Positions 1-8,790 of a stretch of DNA of 61,777 bases are shown here, piece by piece. This DNA is from an uncultured Eubacteriales bacterium. Lineage in GTDB: Bacteria; Actinomycetota; Coriobacteriia; Anaerosomatales; JAAXUF01. Under the pieces are notes generated by a model that saw only the letters and a list, made by a program, of their open reading frames with translations, did not search any database and was not told the origin of the DNA. The stretch lies in NCBI GenBank assembly GCA_964541375.1, contig CAZIPT010000003.1, positions 1 to 61,777 on the forward strand. Direction: 5' to 3'. Each line of letters opens with the position of its first letter. The first letter of the stretch is position 1. The position numbers and the translations under genes were made by a program.

Positions 1-641
1 GCCACGCTCTTGATCTCGACGATGCCGTCGTAGACCTCGGGCACCTCGATCTCGAAGAGACGGCGGATGAGGCCGGGATGGGTGCGGGAAACGACGATCG
101 AAGGCTCATTGGACGTCTTGCGAACGTCGATGATGTAGGCCTTGATGCGCTGGTTGTGGTCGTAGCGCTCGTTGTTGGGCTGCTCGGACGGCGGCAGAAG
201 CGCCTCGACGCCCTCGCGGATCTTGATGAGGGTGTAGCGGCTGTCGCTCTGCTGCACGGTGCCGGTGACGCTCTCGCCCACGCGGTCGGCGTACTCGTCG
301 AAGATCCGCTCGCGCTCGGCGTCACGAATGATCGAGCCGATCACGTTCTTGGCGGCCTGGGCAGCGATTCTGGAGACGTCAGCGGGGGTCACGTCGCGCT
401 CTTCGTAGACCGGCTCCTCGCCGGCCTCCTCGTCCCACTCGCCTACCGGGATGAGCTCGAACACGTAGATGCGACCGGTCTCGCGGTCGATGGTGACACG
501 GACGGGGTTCTCCAGGTCGAGAATCCGCTGGTACGTGGCCGAGAGCGACTGCTCCAGCTTCTCAAGCATCAGGAACTCGTCGATGTTCTTCTCTTGCGAC
601 AGCAGTCTGAGCGCCTGCGTGAGAGTGAGATCCTCGCTCAC
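1..641 (-). CDS. nusA: Transcription termination/antitermination factor NusA, N-terminal ~213 codons (3' end runs off the window start)
   Basis: The ORF track only shows the antisense artefact 78..647+. Minus-strand translation from GTG 639-641 reads VSEDLTLTQALRLLSQEKNIDEFLMLEKLEQSLS... and reaches the window edge as ...FEIEVPEVYDGIVEIKSVA (NusA NTD/S1 signature). GTGA overlap with the rimP stop; rimP-nusA synteny. Confidence 0.9.
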   Translation of the reverse strand, partial: MSEDLTLTQALRLLSQEKNIDEFLMLEKLEQSLSATYQRILDLENPVRVTIDRETGRIYVFELIPVGEWDEEAGEEPVYEERDVTPADVSRIAAQAAKNVIGSIIRDAERERIFDEYADRVGESVTGTVQQSDSRYTLIKIREGVEALLPPSEQPNNERYDHNQRIKAYIIDVRKTSNEPSIVVSRTHPGLIRRLFEIEVPEVYDGIVEIKSV

Positions 642-1123
642 AGCTGACCCCTTTCGTTACCGAAATCGACGACACCCTTGAGGCGCGCCTTCTGAATGGT
701 TTCGTACGGTACGCACACACGGTCCCCGTCGACCTCGACGACGACGTCACCGCCCTCAGTGCCGACAAGAATTCCGTTCACTGAGGCGCGTTTCTCTCCC
801 CTTAGTACCTTCATACGCACGGTCTCGCCGGCGAAGCGGTCGAAGTCGGCCAGCTTCACCAGAGGACGGTCGATCCCGGGCGACGACACCTCAAGCACGT
901 AGTGACCGCCTATCGGGTCGGCCGCTTCGATCGCATCTGAAACCCAGCCGCTGGCCGAGCCGATGACATCGAGGTCGGTGCCACCGTCATGCTCGAGAAG
1001 TACTCGGATGACCTGCGTACCACGACCGCCGACTACTTCGACGGCGACAAGCGACAGGTCGTGCGCGGAAGCCTCGGGCTCCAGCAGCTCGGTGAGCTGC
1101 GTAGCAAGATCGGTCTTGGTCAT
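638..1123 (-). CDS. rimP: Ribosome maturation factor RimP
   Basis: ORF 638..1123-; MTKTDLATQLTELLEP...LEVSSPGIDRPL... is RimP/YlxS-like. GGAGGTGA SD upstream of the ATG; directly precedes nusA. Confidence 0.9.
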   Translation of the reverse strand: MTKTDLATQLTELLEPEASAHDLSLVAVEVVGGRGTQVIRVLLEHDGGTDLDVIGSASGWVSDAIEAADPIGGHYVLEVSSPGIDRPLVKLADFDRFAGETVRMKVLRGEKRASVNGILVGTEGGDVVVEVDGDRVCVPYETIQKARLKGVVDFGNERGQL

Positions 1124-1144
1124 CCTTCACCTCCTTGTCCGCAG

Positions 1145-1177
1145 AACAAAAGAAGCGAGCGTAAGCCCACTTCTCGC
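1145..1177 (-). terminator. Terminator-like hairpin plus U-tract inside the rimP-nusA leader (attenuator candidate)
   Basis: Minus-strand RNA GCGAGAAG-UGGG-CUU(ACG)CUCGC followed by UUCUUUUGUU. It lies between the predicted promoter (1205..1232) and the rimP SD. Confidence 0.35.
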
Positions 1178-1204
1178 GAGACGGCATGTTTCACGTGCTG
1201 GCTG

Positions 1205-1232
1205 ATTCTAACACAGGACCTATGAGGGACAA
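1205..1232 (-). promoter_or_regulatory. Sigma-70-type promoter of the rimP-nusA operon (extended -10)
   Basis: Minus strand: TTGTCC (1227..1232), 16 nt spacer, TGtTAGAAT (1205..1213). Confidence 0.45.
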
Positions 1233-1338
1233 GACCGCCACGCGCGGCGTATCGAAGTTCGCGTGACGTGTTCAGTAGGTACTCGACTTGGGCAATATCC
1301 CAATCGAATCGCAATAGCGGCCCAGCTGATGGGGGATC

Positions 1339-2994
1339 ATGCTGAAGCCAATGGGGGCAACGCCGGCAACCCGCGTCGCGCGCGTCGCGCTGATGTGTGT
1401 TGCGGCATCCATTCTCATTTGGGTTGTCTTGGCGATGGTCGCAACGCTCTCAGGTACCCAGAGTGATTTCGCAACCTCACTCCTGGTCCCCGGCACGCCT
1501 GCCGCGGCCGCCCGAATACTCGCAATCACGCTGGTGCTCGCCGGTGTCGCCTTTGCACGATTCATTCACCTGCGCGGCGTGCGCAAACAGGCGGCTGCGC
1601 TCGAACTGGAGCGCCAGCGCGCCAGTGAGATGTATGAGAACAGTCCCGACCGCATCGCCTGCATGGCCGACGACGGGGCGGTCATCTACACCAACCTCCA
1701 CGAGACACACGCCGACACCCCCCAAGCCGAACTGGAAGTCCCCTGCTACAGCCTGCTCTACGATCGCGCCGACGCGTGCGACGACTGCGCGTTCGAGCCC
1801 GCGCACGAGGGCGTCATATCCGAGTCGACACAGATCGAGACCGCCCCGGACGGATCTGTGCGCTGGTTCAGCAAGACGCTCTACCCCGTCAGCCGGGACG
1901 ACGGCACGACCGACTCGGTTGTTGAAGTCGCGCGAGATGTGACCGATCTGCATGCCGCCGAGGCCGCGCTGCTGCTTTCGCAGGTCCAGCTCGAGGCGAA
2001 GATCGCCGAGAGAACCGCCGAGCTCACCAAGACAAACCGCCAGCTAGAGGAAGAGATAGCGGCCCGCGAACAGATGTCGCAGGCATTGCGGGAGTCAGAG
2101 ACAAGGTTCAGGTTGCTCATCGACAGCTCGCCGGACATGATCATCCTCCACAGCGAAGGCAGGGTTGACCTGGTCAACCGCGCGGGCGTGTTGATGTTGG
2201 GTGCTGTCGGATCCGAGGACATCGTGGGCATGAAGTTCGCCAAGCTGTGGGACGTTAACGGTGTCCCCCCAAAGGCGAACGGCTCACCCGGCCTCCCCCT
2301 GGGTTTGACCGCGCAGACCGACCGAGTGCTAGGGCTCGTCCGGCTCGACGGCACCCGCCTCGACGTGGAGATGACTGAGTCCCTGGTCATGCTGGATGGC
2401 AGGATCCACGTCCAGTGCATCATCCGTGACGTGTCCGAGGCGCTCAGGGCCCGAGAGGCGATCAACCGCATGGCCTACTTCGATGCGCTGACCGGGCTCC
2501 CCAACCGCGAGCAGTTCGCCGATCGGCTCCAGACGGCGCTCGCGGGCGTGCGGCGCAACGACATGCTATTGGCGGTCGCGTTCATCGACATCGACGAGTT
2601 CTCCAAGGTCAACGACGCGTGGGTGCACCAGGTAGGCGACGCCGTTCTGACACTGTTCGCCGAACGGTTGCAGTCACTGCTCCGTGAGCAGGACACCGTG
2701 GCGCGTTACGGCAGCGACGAATTCGCGGTTCTCGCCGAGCTCAAGTCAGCCGACGAGGCGGCCATGTTCGCCAAGAGGATCCGCAGCGGCCTGCGACCGC
2801 CGTTCCACGTCGGCGACCGGCAGGTCGGCGTGACGATCAGTCTCGGTATCGCGACCACCGCCGGCCATGGCGTGCGGCCGGAGGAGCTGGTGCGGCGCGC
2901 CGACGAAGCGATGCTCGCCGCCAACCACTCAGGACCCGACGGCTACGAGATCTCGTGCATGGACACGGACGCCAACGGACTCATCCACAACTAG
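1339..2994 (+). CDS. Membrane-anchored PAS/PAS-GGDEF diguanylate cyclase (signature GSDEF, I-site RxxD present)
   Basis: ORF 1339..2994+. Two N-terminal hydrophobic segments and PAS-like regions separated by a coiled-coil linker. C-terminal AYFDALTGLPNREQF ... REQDTVARYGSDEFAVLA ... SLGIA is a GGDEF domain. GGGGGA SD 4 nt before the ATG. Confidence 0.85.
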   Translation: MLKPMGATPATRVARVALMCVAASILIWVVLAMVATLSGTQSDFATSLLVPGTPAAAARILAITLVLAGVAFARFIHLRGVRKQAAALELERQRASEMYENSPDRIACMADDGAVIYTNLHETHADTPQAELEVPCYSLLYDRADACDDCAFEPAHEGVISESTQIETAPDGSVRWFSKTLYPVSRDDGTTDSVVEVARDVTDLHAAEAALLLSQVQLEAKIAERTAELTKTNRQLEEEIAAREQMSQALRESETRFRLLIDSSPDMIILHSEGRVDLVNRAGVLMLGAVGSEDIVGMKFAKLWDVNGVPPKANGSPGLPLGLTAQTDRVLGLVRLDGTRLDVEMTESLVMLDGRIHVQCIIRDVSEALRAREAINRMAYFDALTGLPNREQFADRLQTALAGVRRNDMLLAVAFIDIDEFSKVNDAWVHQVGDAVLTLFAERLQSLLREQDTVARYGSDEFAVLAELKSADEAAMFAKRIRSGLRPPFHVGDRQVGVTISLGIATTAGHGVRPEELVRRADEAMLAANHSGPDGYEISCMDTDANGLIHN

Positions 2995-3045
2995 TCAGCG
3001 GGGCCGCGCAATCGAACCGCTGAACGGGGTCCTGCGCGCCGTAGC

Positions 3046-4764
3046 CTACTTCAGCCTCTGACCCTCCACCAGCGCCACGATCGTCGCGTTCGCACTCTCG
3101 AGCGGGACCTGCGTACGCTCGCCGGTCGAACGAACCTTCAGCTCGATGACGCCTTCTGCCAGCCCTCGCTTGCCCACCACGACCTGGAACGGCCAGCCGA
3201 CAAGGTCGGCGTCGTTGAACTTCACCCCGGCGCGCTCGTCGCGGTCGTCGATGACCGCCTCCACGCCTGCCTCGGCGAGTTCGTTCCACAGTCTCTCGGC
3301 GACCTCGGCCACTTCGCCCTCGGCCATGAGCGGCAGGACGGCAACCTCGAGGGGTGCAACCGAGACGGGCCAGATGATGCCGGAATCGTCGCTGTGCTGC
3401 TCGATGACCGCCGCGAGCGTCCTGCTGACTCCGACGCCGTAGCAGCCCATCAGGAACGGCTGCTCGTCGCCGTTCTCATCGGCGAAGGTCGCGCCCATCG
3501 ACTCCGAGTACTTGGTCCCCAGCTGAAAGACCTGGCTGACTTCGATACCGCGCGCCGTCTGGACCACTCCGCCGCACTCGGGACAGCCGTCACCCGCTTG
3601 CGCCAAGACCAGATCGGACCAGACCTCGACCTCGAAGTCCCTGCCGGGCTGCGCGAAGGTCAGGTGGTAGTCGTTCTCGTTGGCTCCGATACCCCATGCG
3701 ACATCGTTCTTCAGGCTCTGGTCGGCCACGATCAGCGTGCCGGCAGGCGGGTTCACGGGGCCGAGCGAGCCCTTAGGAATGCCGAAGGAGGCGAAGTCGC
3801 TCTCTTCGAGCAGCTCCACATCCGGAACCGCCCAGCCGGCCTTGATCGAATTGAGCTCCCGATCGCCAGGCACAAGGAAGAAGACGAGTCGTCCGTCGGG
3901 CGTCTTGCCCGCCATCGTCTTGACCGTGTCGTGCTCGGAGATGCCCAGAAATGCCGAGAGCTCGGCTATGGTGCGGATGTTGGGGGTGTGGACGCGCTCC
4001 ATGGGCCGAGCCTCTGTGACCTGCGGCGAGCGCGGGACGACCGTCTCGGCGGCCTCGACGTCGGCGGCCCACCCACATCCGCAGTAGACGATCTCGGCCT
4101 CGCCGTTCTCGGCGATCGCCATGAACTCCTTGGTGACTTTGCCGCCGATCTGACCGGAGTCAGCCTCGACCTCGCGGTAGTCCAGTGCGCAACGCTCGCA
4201 GATGCGGGCATAGGCGCGGCTCATCGCGTCGTAGTGCTCCTGCAGCGACTCCTGCGAGGCGTGGAAGCTGTAGGCGTCTTTCATGATGAACTCGCGACCC
4301 CGGAGCAGGCCGAAGCGCGGACGAACCTCGTCGCGAAACTTCACCTGGATCTGATAGAGGGAAAGCGGCAGCTCACGGTAGCTACGGACCTCGTTACGGA
4401 CGAGCGATGTCACGAGCTCCTCGTGCGTAGGGCCGAGGCAGAAGTCGCGCCCATGGCGATCCTGCAGGCGCATGAGCTCGGGGCCATAGACGTCCCATCG
4501 GCCCGACTCCAGCCACAGCTCGGCCGGCTGCATCGCGGGCATGAGGAGCTCCTGGCTGCCGATCGCGTCCATCTCTTCTCGCACGATCTGCTCGATCTTG
4601 TGCAGCGAGCGCCATCCCAGGGGCAGGAAGCTGTAGATGCCCGCCGCGTTCTTGCGGATCATCCCGGCTCGCAGCAGAAGCCGGTGACTGGCGAGCTCGG
4701 CCTCTGCGGGATCTTCCTTCAGAGTGGGCGCGTAGAGAGAGCTCATGCGCAGAGCTACGGGCAT
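3046..4764 (-). CDS. proS: Proline--tRNA ligase (bacterial type with INS editing domain)
   Basis: ORF 3046..4815- trimmed to the ATG at 4762-4764 (MPVALRMSSLYAPTLKEDPAEAE...), preceded by GGAAGAGG. An alternative ATG ends at 4746. Class II motifs, ...RAGMIRK..., FRDEVRPRFGLLRGREF. Confidence 0.9.
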   Translation of the reverse strand: MPVALRMSSLYAPTLKEDPAEAELASHRLLLRAGMIRKNAAGIYSFLPLGWRSLHKIEQIVREEMDAIGSQELLMPAMQPAELWLESGRWDVYGPELMRLQDRHGRDFCLGPTHEELVTSLVRNEVRSYRELPLSLYQIQVKFRDEVRPRFGLLRGREFIMKDAYSFHASQESLQEHYDAMSRAYARICERCALDYREVEADSGQIGGKVTKEFMAIAENGEAEIVYCGCGWAADVEAAETVVPRSPQVTEARPMERVHTPNIRTIAELSAFLGISEHDTVKTMAGKTPDGRLVFFLVPGDRELNSIKAGWAVPDVELLEESDFASFGIPKGSLGPVNPPAGTLIVADQSLKNDVAWGIGANENDYHLTFAQPGRDFEVEVWSDLVLAQAGDGCPECGGVVQTARGIEVSQVFQLGTKYSESMGATFADENGDEQPFLMGCYGVGVSRTLAAVIEQHSDDSGIIWPVSVAPLEVAVLPLMAEGEVAEVAERLWNELAEAGVEAVIDDRDERAGVKFNDADLVGWPFQVVVGKRGLAEGVIELKVRSTGERTQVPLESANATIVALVEGQRLK

Positions 4765-4802
4765 GCTGGGACCTCTTCCAACTCGTCGGGTGTGCAGATG
4801 GC

Positions 4803-4811
4803 AGGATACCA
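4803..4811 (-). promoter_or_regulatory. Candidate extended -10 element upstream of proS
   Basis: Minus strand TGgTATCCT about 40 nt upstream of the proS start; weak -35. Confidence 0.25.
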
Positions 4812-4845
4812 GCACACACGCCCAGTGGCACTTCGACGAAGCCTG

Positions 4846-6168
4846 TCAGCTCCTGCGTGCTCGGTTACCGGCGCCATGCCCGCCTCGGCGTGGATCGTCC
4901 ACGGCACGGAGCACGGGAGGCCGCAGCCGAGAGGCCAACACGACCGACGCGGCGAGCCCCGCTACGATAGCTGCGCACTCGAGCAGGGTCGTCGGCGACG
5001 TTGCGACCTTCGCGAGTCCCCCTGCGACCGCCGACACGCCGATTAGTGCACCTAGCACCACGCCGCCGCACCAGCCGGTGAACACGAGGCCGAAGTTCGC
5101 GCCGAGGCTCTTGGTGCCAAAGCACTCCGCCGTGCATGCCCAGGCGACGACCACGCCACCCGACCAGCACGCAGCGGTCAGGAACGCGGCCGAGACGAAC
5201 TCCCCCATCGCGGCGAGTGTCGAGGCAGCAGCCAAACCAGCGACCAACGCGGCGACCACGAACCCGGGGCCCTTCTGAGACGTACGGTCGTGAAGGAAGC
5301 CAGCGGCGACCGCGCCGAGACACCCGCCTACCGAGAGAACCAGTCCCGTCAGCAGAACTGCCTGACGCTGGTCTTCAGGCATCGCCAGCAGTAGCACCGA
5401 GACGAATGCCGTGCCGGCGCCAAGAAGCACGCAGCTCGCCCAGAGCGATCTGAACGTGCGCGACTTGAGCATGCGTCTCGTGGACACGCCCGCCCACGGA
5501 ACAGGTGCCAGTGGCACACCGTCGGCACCGGAGTATGAGCCGGGCGGGACGTAGCCCGGGAGTGGGTCCTCCAGCAGCTGAGAGAGAACCGCGACCACAG
5601 CCAAGAGAGTGACTCCGTGGATCATCAGCGTCGAGCTGACACCCCGCACGCCGATCGCGCTCCAAACGGCGCCATTCAGCCACGAGGGACCCAGCGCCAG
5701 CCCGCTGATCACCACTCCGACCATCAGGCCGTGCTGTCTGGGCACCGACCACTTGATCGCAGGAGGCACGACGCATGCGAAGATCAGACCGGCTCCACCC
5801 CCGACCATGAGCCCTAGACCCACAATCAGCGGAATCGTCGCGGGAGCACCATCTCCCGTTCGGGCGAACTCTGTAACGCTTACCAGGACCATACCGAGGC
5901 CGACCAGCACGCCGCCGATGGTCGACGGCCAGCGGGGGCCCATGCGGTCCTGGAGCGGTCCGCCAGCTGCGACGCCGACGACAAATGAGCCGCAAGCGAA
6001 GGCGAACGGGATGCTGATCTGGGCGATCGTCCAGCCATAGACCCCACCTGCCGACAGGGGCCGGAGGAGCTGGGCCAGTATCAGCAGCCAGATACAGAGG
6101 CTGCCCAAGGCAAGCGAGAGCAGGAGGCCGGCTACGACCGCCACCACGCCCTTGGTTGCCGGACTCAT
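4846..6168 (-). CDS. MFS transporter (about 12 TM; oxalate/formate-antiporter-like family, substrate unknown)
   Basis: ORF 4846..6168-. Uniformly hydrophobic G/A/V/L-rich protein with periodic TM segments. ...GGPLQDRMGPRW... resembles the MFS loop 2-3 motif. GGGGAGGGG SD before the ATG. Confidence 0.7.
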   Translation of the reverse strand: MSPATKGVVAVVAGLLLSLALGSLCIWLLILAQLLRPLSAGGVYGWTIAQISIPFAFACGSFVVGVAAGGPLQDRMGPRWPSTIGGVLVGLGMVLVSVTEFARTGDGAPATIPLIVGLGLMVGGGAGLIFACVVPPAIKWSVPRQHGLMVGVVISGLALGPSWLNGAVWSAIGVRGVSSTLMIHGVTLLAVVAVLSQLLEDPLPGYVPPGSYSGADGVPLAPVPWAGVSTRRMLKSRTFRSLWASCVLLGAGTAFVSVLLLAMPEDQRQAVLLTGLVLSVGGCLGAVAAGFLHDRTSQKGPGFVVAALVAGLAAASTLAAMGEFVSAAFLTAACWSGGVVVAWACTAECFGTKSLGANFGLVFTGWCGGVVLGALIGVSAVAGGLAKVATSPTTLLECAAIVAGLAASVVLASRLRPPVLRAVDDPRRGGHGAGNRARRS

Positions 6169-6304
6169 GAGCGCCCCTCCCCGCCGCTAGTGGATGTCGA
6201 CACGGCGCAGCTGATTCTCCCGCCGTAGGCACGTGCGCGCGGGGCAGGGTCGCCGACGGCAGGATGGAACGGGAAGCGGCGGTGAGTGCGCGGTGAGCGG
6301 CGAC

Positions 6305-7375
6305 TCAGTCCGCGAGCGAGTCGAGCCGGTCGATCTCCTCGAACAGCGCCTGGACAATCTGGTCCTCGGGGACTTTGCGCACCGTCTGTCCCTCCGCAAA
6401 GATGACTCCAACGCCGCGACCGGCAGCGACCCCGATGTCGGCATCACGAGCCTCGCCAGGCCCGTTGACGACGCATCCCATGACGGCGACCTTGATCGGC
6501 GAGCGCCGCTCCCGAAGCCGCAAGGCGACTTCCTCGGCGATGGGAATGAGGTCGATCTCGCAACGCCCGCACGTGGGACAACTCACGAGCTCCGGCCCAC
6601 GGCGTCGCAGGTCGAGCGCCGAGAGAATCTCCCAACCCACGCGGACCTCCTCCACGGGGTCGGCGGTCAGGGAGACGCGCAGCGTGTCACCGATGCCCTC
6701 GGCGAGCAGGATCCCGATCCCGACGGACGACTTCACCGTTCCCGAGAAGGCCGTGCCCGCCTCGGTCACACCCACATGCAGCGGATATGCAACGCGCTCT
6801 GCCAGCAGCCGGTAGGCGTCGACGGTGGAGTTCACGCTCGACGCTTTCGCCGAGACCACGATGTCGGTGAATCCCCGTGACTCGAAGTGCTCGCAGAAGG
6901 CTGCGGCGCTGGCAGCGAGCTTCTCGGCGAGCGGCCAATCGAGGTCGGCGTATTCGGGAGCGAGCGACCCGGCGTTGACGCCGATGCGAATCGGTATGCC
7001 CGCGCTGCCCGCAGCCTCGATCACCTCGTCGACGCGCGCCAAGTCGCCGATGTTTCCCGGGTTGATGCGCAGCTTGGCTGCGCCGGCGCGCGCTGCATCG
7101 ATGGCGATGGTGTGGTCGAAGTGAACGTCGGCGACCACGGGGAGCGGCGACTCTGCGCACACGGCCGAGAAGCCGTCCAGGGCATCTCGGCGGGGAATCG
7201 CCACGCGGACGATCTCGCAGCCGGCCTCGGACAGGCGCGCGATCTGAGCGAGCGTCGCGCCAGGGTCGCGGGTGTCGGTGGTCGTCATCGACTGCACCGA
7301 TACCGGCGCCGAGCCGCCCACGGCGACTCCGCCCACCATCACCGGTCGACTTGTCCGACGCTTGGAAGGTTGCAC
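6305..7375 (-). CDS. ispG: 4-hydroxy-3-methylbut-2-en-1-yl diphosphate synthase (MEP pathway)
   Basis: ORF 6305..7375-, GTG start. ...GGSAPVSVQSMTTTDT..., VSCPTCGRC Fe-S cysteines, GCVVNGPGE. Confidence 0.92.
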   Translation of the reverse strand: MQPSKRRTSRPVMVGGVAVGGSAPVSVQSMTTTDTRDPGATLAQIARLSEAGCEIVRVAIPRRDALDGFSAVCAESPLPVVADVHFDHTIAIDAARAGAAKLRINPGNIGDLARVDEVIEAAGSAGIPIRIGVNAGSLAPEYADLDWPLAEKLAASAAAFCEHFESRGFTDIVVSAKASSVNSTVDAYRLLAERVAYPLHVGVTEAGTAFSGTVKSSVGIGILLAEGIGDTLRVSLTADPVEEVRVGWEILSALDLRRRGPELVSCPTCGRCEIDLIPIAEEVALRLRERRSPIKVAVMGCVVNGPGEARDADIGVAAGRGVGVIFAEGQTVRKVPEDQIVQALFEEIDRLDSLAD

Positions 7376-7382
7376 GCTGCCC

Positions 7383-8645
7383 CTATCCGCCCTTGACGAC
7401 GTACCTCATCACGTCCGTGTACATAAGGTAGCCGATGAACGTGAGCAAGAGGAGCGTTCCGGTCGCCGAGAGTCCCAGCGAGAACCGGCGCGACAACGGT
7501 CGGCCGATGATCGCTTCCCAGATCTCAAGCGCGATCTTGCCCCCATCCAGCGGCGGGATCGGCAGGATGTTCATCACGCCAAGCGATAGGGACAGCACCG
7601 CGACGATGAAGGCGTAGTCGATCGGGCCGCCCTTGACGGCGCGCGAGACCTCAACCGAGATCCCCACCACACTCGATGACTGGCTCACCGATGTCTGGAA
7701 GGTCGACGGGTTGAAGAACCCTCCGATCGCCTTGAACACCAGGCCGATCCACATAAGCGAGTCCTTGAGAGCCTCTCCCACCGAGAGCCGCACGCGTGTC
7801 TGCGCGACGCCGATGCCGAGCTGCGCTCCACCGGCGGCGTTCTTTCCCAGCGTGAGAGTCTTGGTGACGCTCTGGCCGCCCCGGTCGACGGTCACTGATA
7901 CGACGTCGCCCGGCTTGTACTTGGCGAGCGCAGCCAACAGCGCCGGCCAGTCCTTGAGGGTGGTGTCGCCGAGCTTCTGAAACGTGTCGCCCGACTTGAT
8001 GCCTGCGGCCGCCGCAGCGCCCGTGGGCAGGGTAGCCTCGACGGTCAGGGTCTGCGTGGGCACCCCGTACAGCGTCAGTACCAGCACGAAGACCAGAATC
8101 GCCGAGACCAGATTGACCAGAACACCCGCCGAGAGTACGAGAATGCGCTTGGTGGTCGAGAGCCCTCGATACGTGGTCGACCGCGCCATGTCCAGAAGGG
8201 CCACCGGATCCTCGGCAAGCGAGGCCGGAAACTTCGCGAGATACTCGTCCTCATGGTCGGGAGAGGCGCTCACGGCGTTCCAGTCGACCAACGTGTAGAG
8301 CAGAGAGTCGGCCTGTCCCGCGTCCACTCCGAGGTGCTCGGACAGCGAGAACGGTGTGACGGTACGTTGCTCTGTCACGAACGCCAACGCGGCGCCAAGC
8401 AACGGGTCCTCGGGACCGGGCTCCATACCGGAAATGCGCACGTAGCCGCCGAGCGGGATGGCGGTCACCCCGTAGTCGGTCTTCTTGCCATGGAACCGGA
8501 TCGCAGGACCCGGTAGCCCGACCATGAACTCATGGACGTGAACGCCGAACGCACGCGCGGTCAGGAAGTGGCCCCCCTCGTGCAGGACCACCAGGATGGA
8601 GAAGGTCAGAATCCCCCAGAACACAGCCGAAAGCGTTGCAAACAT
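7383..8645 (-). CDS. rseP: Site-2 zinc metalloprotease RseP/RasP (PDZ-containing)
   Basis: ORF 7383..8909- trimmed to the ATG at 8643-8645 (MFATLSAVFWGILTFSILVVLHEGGHFL...). HExxH motif, PDZ-like middle region, NILPIPPLDGG motif. The upstream 88 codons are R/W/C-rich and overlap dxr. Confidence 0.88.
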   Translation of the reverse strand: MFATLSAVFWGILTFSILVVLHEGGHFLTARAFGVHVHEFMVGLPGPAIRFHGKKTDYGVTAIPLGGYVRISGMEPGPEDPLLGAALAFVTEQRTVTPFSLSEHLGVDAGQADSLLYTLVDWNAVSASPDHEDEYLAKFPASLAEDPVALLDMARSTTYRGLSTTKRILVLSAGVLVNLVSAILVFVLVLTLYGVPTQTLTVEATLPTGAAAAAGIKSGDTFQKLGDTTLKDWPALLAALAKYKPGDVVSVTVDRGGQSVTKTLTLGKNAAGGAQLGIGVAQTRVRLSVGEALKDSLMWIGLVFKAIGGFFNPSTFQTSVSQSSSVVGISVEVSRAVKGGPIDYAFIVAVLSLSLGVMNILPIPPLDGGKIALEIWEAIIGRPLSRRFSLGLSATGTLLLLTFIGYLMYTDVMRYVVKGG

Positions 8646-8790
8646 GCCGAGAGGCCCCTTCTTGGTGTGAGTCTCCTTGGAGCCGGAATCCTCCGGCTCA
8701 CGCAGAGGTGCAAGCACTGCGCCACGCCGGTCATCTACATAACATCCCCATTCCGGGGCCTGCGACCGCCCTGGCGGGTGAATCGCTCCC

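Noticed and set aside
2995-3045. Possible bidirectional terminator between the GGDEF gene and proS (GGCCGCGCA ... TGCGCGCC with a 22-nt loop)
   Set aside because: The stem is imperfect, the loop is large and there is no U-tract on either strand. Too weak to call.
3394-5046. 550-aa plus-strand ORF, one of several very long antisense ORFs (others: 78..647+, 12964..14337+, 30174..31628+, 28881..29783+, 5375..6232-, 15922..16731-)
   Set aside because: Each lies antisense to, or out of frame within, a strongly conserved gene (proS, nusA, tsf, smc, MFS, xerC). The translations are R/A/G/P/H-rich with no recognisable motifs. Long stop-free alternative frames are expected in GC-rich DNA.
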